From NCBI GenBank assembly GCA_043228905.1, contig JBHGNT010000004.1, forward strand, positions 5,518,001-5,582,000: DNA of 64,000 bases. Reading direction: 5' to 3'. This document shows, piece after piece, positions 25,503 through 37,194 of this stretch. The position numbers were made by a program, and so were the translations under genes. Position 1 is the first letter of the stretch. The number at the start of each line of letters is the position of its first letter. The notes below the pieces were generated by a model that worked only from the letters and a program-made list of their open reading frames with translations, was not told the DNA's origin and made no database searches. Source of the stretch: Azolla caroliniana. Lineage: Eukaryota > Plantae > Polypodiophyta.

Positions 25503-28500
25503 TTAACACACAGAAGGTATGCAAGAGAGACAGAGAAAGAGCAAAACAACTTAAATCTATTATCAACAACTCTGTAAAATTCTCTTTACATACAACGTGC
25601 TCAACAGCACTATTTATACAATTCCTACGAGGATTGACAGAAGTACAGTGTACTTCAATGGTCACATGAGCGTCTGACACTAACTACGAGACATTAACTA
25701 CCTAGTAGTCTAGGCTTCTACTAGGCTTCCGGTTATTGCTTGATCTGGCTAACCGGCTCCCCAACTCACTAGCTCACTTGCTCACTGGCTCACCGATCTG
25801 GCTCATCCTTCCGGACGCCGATCCGGCTTAGACTTATTCAGCCGATCCGTATCCGGTTCAGCTTGCCGCTCAACACTCCCCCTCAAGCTCAACTTGAGGT
25901 TGGATCTTAGTCTCAGTCTCCATGGCAGCCAGTCCTTCCACCCGGCTCCTTTTGGCATCACTTCGCCTCACTCACGCTCCTCGTCCGGTCTGGTTCCGTT
26001 TGCCTCGACCCTTCTGATTCTGCGCACCTCGACCTCCTCAATCGGCTTATTTGCTGAATAGGCCCAATTCAGCTCCCTTGCTGTAGTGACTTCGGCGCTT
26101 GCCGATTCGCCGATTCCTTCGTGTTGGTGTCAACTTTCGTTGCCTTCTCGTCCTCTTGGCCTTGAATTGATATGGTTCTTCCGAATCCGTTTATTGAACC
26201 GAATCGGCTGTCTCTGATTCGTTCCAGCTCTTGTCTAAATCAGTCGCTCCCGATTCGTCTTCCGGTTCCAGGCCCCTCACCACATCAGACCATGTCCGGT
26301 TCTTGGCCTTCTTCTTCTGGTTAGCTCTGTCCTTCTTGACTCTACCACCGCTGGCGCTTGTTCCGACTTGTTCGAATGTGTCAACTTCCTTTGTTGACTC
26401 ATCTCCTTTCTTCTTCTTGTCTCTCCCTTTGTCAATTCTTCCCTCACCGGCGCAATCGGTAGTTTCTTGCCTTTGCCTGTTCCGGTGTCTTTGCTCGTTC
26501 TCCCCCTCAAGTGTGGCACGTCGAGATGCTAAACGCCAAACATTTCAGTGAAGTGCTGCAACTTGTCCAATACGAGCAGTTTGGTGAAGATGTCGGCAAC
26601 TTGCCGATCCGTATGAACATACCGAAGTTCGACTTCACCGCTCATGACAAGCTCATGCACGAAGTGGTAGTGCACTTCTATGTGCTTTGTGCGAGCATGG
26701 AATACAGGGTTCTTGGCGAGCTACATGCTGCTTATGTTGTCGTAGTAGATCAGGATCGGGGTCGGCACCATGATCTGCAGGTCTTGCAGCAGTCACCGAA
26801 GCCAAATGGCTTCACAGGTGGCAACGGTAGCGCCCCGGTATTCAGCCTCAGTGCTCGAAAGGGCGATTGTTGGCTGCTTTTTGCTGCTCCACGCAACAGC
26901 CGCGGTACCAAGGGAAAACATATAGCTGGAGGTGGATCGGCAATCCGATGTATCGCCAGCCCAACCGGCATCAGTGTAGCCGACAAGCTCTTCGGTTATA
27001 CCATGTCGGTATAATAGTCCCCGGTCCTTCGTGCCGCTCACATATCCCAAAATTCGATGCATGCACACAAGGTGCTCCACGGTCGACTTTTGCATATATT
27101 GGTTGGTCACGTTGACCGGATAACTAATGTCGAGTCGGGTGATTGTCAAATATATAAGTCTTCCGATGATTTGTCGGAACCGTTTCTCATTGCAAGCCGG
27201 TCCGGAGTCAGGATGAAGCTTCTGGTTCCGATCCAGGGGTGTGGAGATCGGTCGGCATTCCGTCATGCCGAACTTGTATAGCATATTCAACACATAGTGT
27301 CTTTGTGAGAGCAATATGCCATCGGGGGTTCGGATCACCAAAATCCCAAGGAAATAGTGAAGGTCCCCCAGGTCCTTCATCTCAAATGCGTCCGACAGTT
27401 GGGACTTGACTCGGCTGATTTCATCGAGTCTAGGTCCAGTGATGACTAGATCATCAACATACAGCAAGATGCAAACCGGACCGTCCAGACCTTGCCGGAT
27501 GAACATTGAAGAGTCGGACTTGGAGGCCGCAAACCCATCTTACGCAACCAGTGCATGATCTTCGCATTCCAAGCTCAGGGGGCTTGCTTTAGGCCATAAA
27601 CTGACTTCTTTAGCCAGCATACCACCAACTTGTTCATCTCCGACTGGAAACCGGGGGGTTGGGTCATAAAGACCTCTTCTTCAAGATCACCTTGAAGAAA
27701 TGTATTCTTCACGTCCATCTGGTGAAGATGCCACCCCTTGCCGCAACAACCGCCAACACCACACGAACCGTCGTCATCTTCGCTACCGGAGCGAAGGTCT
27801 CGTCATAGTCGATTCCATGGGTCTGTGCATATCCCTTCGCCACTAACCGAGCCTTGTACCAGTTAACCGAACCGTCGGCATTGTACTTTACCTTGTACAC
27901 CCACTTACATCCGATCGGTTTACAGTGTCGAGTAGGGTCAACTAGGTCCCATGTGTCGTTAGCATCAAGTGCCCGCATTTCTTCCTCCATAGCGGCATGC
28001 CAATTTGCCTCCTTTGCCGCTTCTGCATAGCTTTCTAGCTCACACACTTCCGCCACCTTGGTCATGTACACATAGTGATGCCCATGTACTCATTGTACCC
28101 ATACCGCTTCACGGGGTTCTTTTGGCGGGAAGACCGGCGTAACTTATCGTTACCCGGTTTGAGGCCCTTCTTGGCCGGTTCGGTCTTCGTTGCCAAAGAT
28201 CCGCCTTCTTCTTTTTCGGAGTCGGATCCACTCTGATCCGACTCACCATTGTCGGTCTTGTGCTCCGGCATCTTCCTCTTCCCCTTTTCCTTGCGCATGA
28301 ACCGTCTCCTCAGTTCCTTGCGCAAGGGGAACACGGTAGAGTCTCCACTACTCACCGGTTCATCTTCCGACTGGTCAATCTGACTCAGTCGCTCGTTCGG
28401 CCCGCTCAACCAAAACGATTCCAGGCTCACATCTAGAATCTCAAACCCTTCGTCTTCTAACTGGACCAGTTTAGGCTCACTAGCCTCATCCTCCAATATC

Positions 28501-30125
28501 CAGTCGAGGTCGGAAATCAGACCCGGTAAGGCATACCATGATGCCGTCTCATCAACCTCAACATCCCGGCTAACTCGGACCTGCTTCGTCCGAGGGTTAT
28601 AACACTTATACCCCTTTTGCTCATGTGAGTAACCGGCCAGGATGCATTTCTCCGACTTTGAATCCAACTTCCTCTGCTTCTCATCCAGCACATGCACATA
28701 TGCAATGCTACCGAATATCCGAAGGTGTCTCAAATTCGGCTTGCGCCCAAAATACAGCTCATGCATGGACACCTTATCACCGATCCGGTTTTGGATATAA
28801 ACGGCCGTCCGGACCGCCTCAGCCCAATAGAATTTGGGCATGCTCTTCTCTTCCAGCATCGCCCTTGCCGCGTTGATAATCAACCGGTTCTTCCTCTCAA
28901 CCTCATCGTTTTGCTCTAGTGTGTATCTACAGCTGAACTCTCTTCGAATTCCTTTTTGCCGCAGATAATTGTTGAATTGGCCGGAAAAATATTCTTTTCC
29001 GCCATCCAACTGTAGCCACTTGATCTTCCTCTCTGTTTCCCGTTCAACCAGGCTTTGTAGGTTCCAGAAACACTCGAAAACTTCACTCTTCCGCTCAATG
29101 AGGTAGATCCATGTGTGCCGACTGTAGTCGTCAATGAAGCAGACGAAATACCGACTCCCGCCAAGACTAACGTTCTGTGCCGGTCCCCATACATCCGAAT
29201 GTATTAGATCGAGCTTGTTACGGCTCCGGTTTCGTTCGGTGGGGAATGGAAGCCGATGTTGCTTCCCGAGTTGGCAGGCTTCACATATTTGGGCCTTCCA
29301 GCCACTAAATTTCGGCAATCCGAACACAACTCGTTTCGATTGCAGGTCTTGAAGCCTTCGGTAGTTGACGTGGCCGATCCGCAGCTGGTCTCTGACACCG
29401 GACGCAAAGCAGTACATCACTTTGCTTGCCGCTTGTTCCCACACAAGGAAGTCCTTGTGTGCCGCATCAAGTGTTGTGTTGTTAGCTCCGTCGACATAGC
29501 TCCAGTAACCATGCCCAAGCAGGTACTGGTGCATCTTGTATGACCGAGATGCATAGTTGGATCTGTCGAGCTTCTCCACTGGGAGCAAGCTAGCCATTCC
29601 TCTGTCCATCACTTCTCTTTCTGTTCTTACTAGGTCTTAGGGTTTGTCTTCAGATGCTAATGTCGGTTGCAGAGGTTCTCAACCCTCACGCTCTGATACC
29701 ATGTAAAAACGAAGGTGTGGAAGCGTTAGACAATCGTCTTAGCCGGATAGCAATAGAGAGAGAGAGAGAGAGGGAGATTAACACACAGAAGGTATGCAAG
29801 AGAGATAGAGAAAGAGTAGAACAACTTAAATCTATTATCAACAACTCTGTAAAATTCTCTTTACATACAACGTGCTCACAGCACTATTTATACAAGTCCT
29901 AAGAGGATTGACAAAAGTACAGTGTACTTCAATGCTCACATGAGCATCTGACACTAACTACGAGACATTAACTACCTAGTAGTCTAGGCTGCTACTAGGC
30001 TTCCGGTTATTGCTTGATCTGGCTAACCGTCTCCCCAGCTCACCAGCTCACTTGCTCACCGGCTCACCGATCCAACTCATCCTTCCAGACGCAGATCCAG
30101 ATCCGGTTGAGCTTGTCGCTCAACA
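25397..30125 (-). mobile_element. Element I: internally deleted Copia inserted in the methyltransferase gene
   Basis: LTRs 29702-30125 (5') and 25397-25875 (3'). TSD AGAAC both sides. iMet PBS 29690-29701, PPT 25876-25886. Removal restores IEWIRF|FHHEY. Confidence 0.95.
26500..29612 (-). pseudogene. Element I gag-pol remnants (truncated gag fused to integrase, RT, RNase H)
   Basis: HSDVWGPA, FIDDYSR, YKARLVAKGY, LYVDD, YTDAGW, SSTEAEY. gag joins pre-integrase at RDQL|RIGHVN. Confidence 0.92.
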
Positions 30126-32351
30126 AGAACCTTATCCATTCAATAGATGACATTTTTTGCCTATAGTCATTGTCGTTGTTGTGGTCCCATGCCAAAAGCT
30201 TTGCCTCTTTAGTTGTGAGGCCCACGTATATTTTGCACTTGGGATACATGAAGAAGAAAGTCGTTGGGTGCTCTCGAACAAGTTGTCGGCGTGCCTCAAC
30301 CGAATGTGATCTGCCAATTACAAAGTAATTGTATTGATCATGCTTTCTCATCGAATTCCTCAGTTGTGGAACATTCTTCGGGATCTACCATCACAATGAA
30401 AGGCACAACTATAGCATGCGGATTTATTTTCATTTTTTTCTTAAGATTCTGAACATGCATTCGCTGTGGCTCTCTGATCTCAAGTGGTCTTCATCCTGTT
30501 TTTACATCTACTAGGGGCCGATGGATGTGTGTTATAGGCAAATTAAACACTTGCCCTTTTTTCACCAGTTTACACTGCATTAACTCTCTCCATATCTTAT
30601 TCTGCTCAGATGACGACACACCAGATGCCAGCTCAACACCTGGTGTGCTCATCTTCGATTGAGCTTGATGAGTCGGAGTCTGACATTTTAGTGGTCTTCT
30701 TTTTTGCTAGTCTTGATTGCACTTTAGATTCCCTTTTCGGGGCCTTCACTGGGGAGGGAAAGGGCTCCCTTAGAGTTACATGGCCTTGTATATAAGGCCT
30801 CAAGGTGACAATAAGGTTTTGTGAGCTTTGTAGATCTTTTTTAAAAGATTATGGCCCACAAGATTCCTTTACTAGTCGATCTTCAGAAAGGTACACTTTA
30901 CGTACCCCCTTCGAGCACTCTATCATTACAAGAATGTTGGCTGAATCTAAATCTTCGTAGTCAAATCGTAGAATCCGACCATACATAAATGTGGTGTCAT
31001 TTTCAAGCGGACCGTCGCCCTTCTTCTTTGTCGTATACAACACGACTTTTTTCTTGGAGTCGACGTACTGCATACACCATTCCTTGTCCGTTAGATCACG
31101 GTCAAGAAGGTCCTCATCACTAGTAGCAGCTAACATTTTCTTTTGGCTAACATCATCGAATGGTTGAGATTTTGTCTCCTCGTTGAAGAGAAGCTTTTTT
31201 CCTCTCTTCATTTTTTGAGGAACTATTTGTTTCTGGGTCTCAATTGGAGAGCCCTAAATTCGGAGCTTTATTTTCTTCACAGGTCGGTCCGACAAGTTCT
31301 CAAACGACGTATTTAAGAAAGGACGTGCTAAAATATAAGTTAGTTCATTGCCTAGATTAAGGTTGCATATTAAAATATACATAAGTAGACCAAGACAAAA
31401 ACTAGCAAGCAATTTGTGCTAAACTCTAAATGTCAATCATACTTTCTGTGAACATGATAGACCTTTATTGTGAATTTAAATCTAGTAAGGGCTATTCAAC
31501 TTCAAATATTATATATCTTAATAATTATACAAGGATATGTATCATATTGGAAGGTAGGTATGGCTTATATTGATTCCATATCCCATATTGTTGAGAATTT
31601 TAATAGGATAGACTTGAATTTGGTATCATAAAGGTAATTCATGGGTTATTTTCTATTATTTTAAGCTATTATAGTCCCTTTAAGCCATGTCAGACAAAAG
31701 GGGAAGCTGATGAACGTACTACACGTTCCGACTATCACAAAGAACCTGGTATCGATCGAACAAATCGTCGACCAGGGAATGCAGGCGCGGTTTACGCACC
31801 TCGGGATAATTGCGCAAGGGTGTAGAGAAGGGAAGATGTTCATCCTCAACACTAATGATGTCGGCACCGCCATGTTTGCCAAAGGACAGAAGATTGAATC
31901 TGACATCTATCTCTGGCATAAGCGGATCGGCCACGTCAACTACCGAAGGCTTCAAGACCTGCAATCGAAACGAGTTGTGTTCGGATTGCCGAAATTTAGT
32001 GGCCGGAAGGCCCAAATATGTGAAGCCTGCCAACTCGGGAAGCAACACCGGCTTCCATTCCCCACCAAACGAAACCGGAGCCGTAACAAGCTCGATCTAA
32101 GGGTAAAAGCATGCGAGTGGAAACACTATTATAGCTAATTAGCTACTAAAATGGCCATAGCTAATTAGCTATTTGTTTAGCTAGTCTTTCTTGTGGGAAA
32201 ATCAAATATTTGAAAAACTAATTTATGAAAAAACTCAAATATTTGAACTTCTGTTTCAGACGTAGTGGAACTTGGGGAATATCACCATCATCTAAGGTCG
32301 ACTTCAATGTCATCAATTTCCTGTTTAGCCTAAGTCTGATTTTGAACGCAG

Positions 32352-35300
32352 ATGGAGTACTCAGAGCACGAACGCAGACGTAGCTCCCGCAACAGCAAAA
32401 AATCGACATTGCAGATTGAGAGCTACAACATAGAACCCGCTCGATCATCGTCCAGGTATGTTTCAGTTACAGAAACCCCAAACATTTGTTTTTTCTTTTT
32501 GACTACTGTCTGAACTTTGGTGCCGATTCATATTTCCCCAAAATCGAATAGGGCGAAGTCCTTGGAGTCCCATACAAGGATGTCTCGCAAATCGGGGAGT
32601 AGCAACAGGTGTGTTTATATTACTTTTTTTGTGTTTAATCCTGTCTTTAGTGATTAAGGTTTGTGATTGAAATTTCTGATTAGGGTTTGTGATTGAAATT
32701 TCTGATTAGGGTTTTTGATTATAAATTTCTGATTAGAATTTTTGAATAGGGTTTCTGGTTACAAATTTTGATTACAAATTAGAATTTCTGAATAGGGTTT
32801 TTGTTTATAAATTTCTGCTTAGGATTTCTGATTAGGGTTTGTGATTGAAATTTTTTATTAGGGTTTCTGATTGAAATTTCTGATTAGGGTTTTTGATTAT
32901 AAATTTCTGATTAGAATTTCTGAATAAGGTTTCTGGTTACAAACTTCTGATTACAGATTTTGATTAGGGTTTCTGATTTCAAACTTCTGATTACAGATTT
33001 TGATTAGGTTAAGTTAAAGATTTTGCACCATTTTTGTTGTTGTTGATTGGGGTTTTTGATTCTCACATATTCTGATTTTGCACTATTTCTGATTTCTGAA
33101 ATGATATTTCAGATGGCTCGTTCCTCCGTATACGAGAGTGCTAAACTTCGCAAAATTTTGCGAGACAAAGGAGGACTTCCACAACACCTATGGTCTGTCA
33201 CTCGAGGGTGTTGACCCTGCTGTCCTAAGTGATAAATTGATCAGTGATATAGACTGGATGACAGTATATACAGTGCCTAGAGTCAAAGGCAAGGTCAAGC
33301 TGAAGCATGTACGAGCCGACTTGTACGATGACTGCATGAGACTGCACCAGAAAGTTCATCAGGAGATCCCAGTCAACAATGAGTTGTCAGTTTCATTTGC
33401 TAGAGCATTTGCATATGAGTACTGCAAAACAGCGAAGGAATCTAGAGACCCTGAAATGTATAGGGTAGCTTGGGCAGTCTATGGTGAGGCATCGGTAAAA
33501 AGATGCCGAAAGATGGGGACCTTGGCACAAAAAATAGACAGATTTTGGAGCATGGCAGCTGTTGATGCAACTGCCGACTCCCAGCAAGACCGGGGGCATA
33601 CACCACACCGACACCCAAGGAAAGCCAATGTCGATGATACAGGTGAGACATTGGTTAGCTATATGCTAAAAAATGTCCATGAAGCCTGTGAGACATTGGC
33701 ATTTTTTAAGACTGATTTAGAGAAAGCCACAATGGCTTCTGCAATGGAGAGCAAAGTTACTTCTGCTGTTACAACAATTAGAAATAAGATTCAGGTAACT
33801 ATTGTTTTGCTGGTATGTGATTGTGTTATAAATAACGGGTAAAATGTGCTAATCAAGCATTATCTGGAATAGGTTGCGCAACAGGAGCTTGAATTAGAGG
33901 GGCCACTGGATCCCCAGCGTAAAATAGAACTGCAAATAGAGATCCAGGTTCTTTCAATGAACCTGGACCTTCTAGGTGTAAATACTGTTGCAGATTACAA
34001 TTTGGATAAGCTTCAAGTAAGTTAACGATTCCTGAGCAAAGTTGGTGTATCTTTCAACAACAAGAATAATTAATCGGTAAATTTCTCTGTTGCGTTGAAG
34101 GAACAATACATTCATCAAGAACAGGTAGTTAGCTGCCTTAAGAAGAAGCTACATTTTGTGGAGGGAATGGTAAGGACCAGACAGGATTTGGACCTGAACA
34201 TTCTTGCTCCCTTACCAAATGAAGTAGCACCAGAAAATGATTTATTGACAGTTCAAGCACGTTGCATCGCTTGCGGGTTAGGTGTGGAGGACAAAACTGC
34301 GTCTTTGTTGGTTCACCTACAACCATGCAACCACACATACCATCTGCTTTGTTTTCAACATGCCTGTCGAATTGCTGCATTCTGTTTGGGAGATTGCAGT
34401 ACAACTCTACCAAATGAGTGGAGAAAACAAACAGGTATACCATACTGTAGCTAATAAGCTTAGTCTTTTCTAATTAGCTATCCTACTAGCTAATTAGCTA
34501 CTGGCAGCTAATGAGCTACTAGCTAATTAGCTATCCTAGTAGCTAATTAGCTATGGTACTAGCTAATTAGCTAGTACCATAGTTGTGTAAAAAAGCTAAA
34601 TAGCTATCCTACTAGCTAATTAGCCACTGGCAACTAATTAGCTATCCTAGTAACTAATTAGCTACTGCCATAGTTGTGTAAAGTAGCTAATAAGCTATCC
34701 TAGTAGCTAGTTAGCTATGGTACTAGCTAATTAGCTAGTACCATAGTTGTGTAAAAAAGCTAATTAGCTATCCTACTAGCTAATTAGCTACTGGCAACTA
34801 ATTAGCTATCCTACTAGCTAATTAGCTATCCTACTAGCTAATTAGCTATCATAGTAGCTAATTAGCTACTGACATAGTTGTGTAAAGTAGCTAATAAGCT
34901 ATCCTAGTAGCTAGTTAGCTATGGTACTAGCTAATTAGCTAGTACCATAGTTGTGTAAAAAAACTAATTAGCTATCCTACTAGCTAATTAGCTACTGGCA
35001 ACTAATTAGCTATCCTACTAGCTAATTAGCTATCCTACTAGCTAATTAGCTATCATAGTAGCTAATTAGCTACTGACATAGTTGTGTAAAGTAGCTAATA
35101 AGTTATCCTAGTAGCTAGTTAGCTATGGTACTAGCTAATTAGCTAGTACCATAGTTGTGTAAAAAAGCTAATTAGCTATCCTACTAGCTAATTAGCTACT
35201 GGCAACTAATTAGCTATCCTACTAGCTAATTAGCTATCATAGTAGCTAATTAGCTACTGACATAGTTGTGTAAAGTAGCTAATTAGCTATCCTAGTAGCT

Positions 35301-36945
35301 AATTAGCTACTGGCAGCTAATTAGCTGTCCTAGTAGCTAATAAGCTATCCTAGCTACTACATAGTTGAGAAAGTAGCTAATTAGCTTTCATTGTAGCTAA
35401 TTAGCTATCCTAGCTACCACCATAGTTAATAAAGTAGCTAATTAGCTATCCTAGCTACTACCATAGTTAGTAAAGTAGCTAATTAGCTATCCTAGCTACT
35501 ACCATAGTTGAGTAAAGTAGCTAATTAGCTACCATAGTAGCTAATTAGCTATCCTAGCTACTACTATAGTTGTGTAAAGTAGCTAATAAGCTATCCTACT
35601 AGCTAATTAGCTATCCTAGTAGGTAATTAGCTATGGTACTAGCTAATTAGCTAGTACTATAGTTGTGTAAAAAAGCTAATTAGGTATCCTACTAGCTAAT
35701 TAGCCACTGGCAACTAATTAGCTATCCTAGTAACTAATTAGCTACTGCCATAGTTGTGTAAAGTAGCTAATAAGCTATCCTAGTGGCTAATTAGCTACTA
35801 GCAGCTAATTAGCTATCCTAGTAGCTAATTAGCTATCCTACTAGCTAATTAGCTACTACCATAGTTGAGTAAAGTAGCTAATTAGCTATCCTACTAGCTA
35901 ATTAGCTACTACCATAGTTGAGTAAAGTACCTAATTAGCTATCCTACTAGCTAATTAGCTACTGGCAACTAATTAGCTATCCTAGTAGCTAATTAGCTAT
36001 CCTAGTAGCTAATTAGCTGCTGGCAACTAATTAGCTATCCTAGTAGCTACTGCCATAGTTGTGTAAAGTAGCTAATAAGCTATCCTAGTAGCTAATTAGC
36101 TACTGGCAGCTAATTAGCTATCCTAGTAGCTAATTAGCTACTGGCAGCTAATTAGCTATCCTAGTAGCTAATTAGCTACTGGCAGCTAATTAGCTGTCCT
36201 AGTAGCTAATAAGCTATCCTAACTACTACCATAGTTGAGTAAAGTACCTAATTAGCTATCCTAACTACTACCATAGTTGAGTAAAGTACCTAATTAGCTA
36301 TCATACTAGCTAATTAGCTATCGTACTAGCTAATTAGCTATCCTAGCTTCTACCATAGTTTAGTAAAGTAGCTAATTAGCTATCCTAAATAACTGTCATG
36401 TTATTGTAGAATCTTGTGGATTAAGGACGGCACATGATGTGTCTGGTGCTGATGATGCTGCAACAGATGAGGATACTACTACCAATGTGGCTGAAAGTAA
36501 GAGTCCTGCTATCACATCTCCTTCAGATCAGCTGCACCCTATTCTTTTGGAACAGTGTACTGAATTAGGCAACGATGTGAAATGCCATGAAATAGTGGAA
36601 ACAACATGTAAAACTGAGGTTCACAACAACAGTGTTTATGAACACTTGATGCAACATTTCTTCGAGTCTCAAGACCTTGATTCCACCCCACCGAGCCCAA
36701 CTACTGAAAATGTCCAAACAGATCCCTCTGTACTTGAAAAGCTAGTCCAAGAAATGGCTGATGTGCAATTAGCTGCTGAGGCGATGGGAAGGTTGTCGGA
36801 GGAGGACACACTTGCGCATTGGGTCCTAGAAGCAAGGCTAAATGGGGAACCAACCAGAAAAAGGCTGAAGAAGGGGCCACGATCGGGAACAAGACCAGTT
36901 ACTCGGTCAAGGGGCCCAGACGTAGTGGAGCGAAATACTGTTTAG
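32352..36945 (+). CDS. Predicted 6-exon RING-finger protein (~618 aa) inside J
   Basis: Exons 32352-32455, 32552-32608, 33113-33794, 33873-34016, 34101-34434, 36410-36945, all GT-AG and phase-compatible with no stops. RING-H2-like CIAC..CNHTYHLLC..CLGDC. Confidence 0.75.
32650..33010. repeat. Degenerate TTTCTGATTAGGG(TTT) tandem repeats in intron 2
   Basis: Repeated TTCTGATTAGGGTTT and GATTGAAATT units. Confidence 0.85.
34448..36386. repeat. Tandem array built on the palindrome TAGCTAATTAGCTA (intron 5 of the RING gene)
   Basis: Dozens of ~20-bp units with higher-order blocks punctuated by CATAGTTGTGTAAA. Confidence 0.97.
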
Positions 36946-37194
36946 TTGGATATGATTGTTAGCTTAGGGATTTTGCTAGGGTTTTATGAAGTTTTACTAT
37001 CCTGTTGGACAAGTAAAACCTCAGATTGGTTGTTGCTTGATCCACATTATGTAATGGAACTCTATGATGTTTTTCCAAGATAATTTGAAGAGTGTTGTTC
37101 TATGACTGAAACTCTTTGATGTTCAGGATATTGTTTTGTGAGACTAGTAGTTACTTTGTGAGTGTGAATATGTTGGTGTTTTCTGATGTTGCAG

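Larger units (their letters stand above)
23362..31211 (-). pseudogene. Multi-exon ParB-like domain plus beta-class N6A/N4C DNA methyltransferase, disrupted by Copia I, stops and frameshifts
   Basis: ParB-like: FNLPITHIHRP..REPQRMHVQNLKKKM..VPFIVMV..YFVIGRSHSVEARRQL (30140-30560). MTase: KVICGDVVDMI..LMIADIPYG (motif IV, ~24380-24470), LAW|IKTN..RFVNAIEYI, NPYQKPQRLMMRLIEKFFVEGDWILDLFSGTG (motif I, 23806-23900), TTFACALKLFRNTIALEMD. GT-AG intron 24186-24099 keeps the frame. Confidence 0.85.
22227..31671 (-). mobile_element. Unclassified insert carrying a ParB-like/DNA methyltransferase gene (contains Copia I)
   Basis: Removal rejoins F coding (GTCAGAGAAGT|CCCTTTAAGCCATG, compare 58752-58776). 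AGT on both sides may be a 3-bp TSD. No TIR or transposase recognised. Confidence 0.75.

Noticed and set aside
24946-25680. 244-aa ORF as a standalone gene
   Set aside because: Chimera of Copia I LTR sequence (SLSLSL) and one exon of the methyltransferase gene.
32097-32103. PIF/Harbinger assignment from TAA flanks and GGG ends
   Set aside because: The right end reads CACCC-CTAA, giving a 4-bp CTAA TSD, and the transposase motifs are Sola2-type.
32650-33010. Interstitial telomere repeats
   Set aside because: TAGGGTTT occurs only inside a longer degenerate unit, with no tandem TTTAGGG runs.
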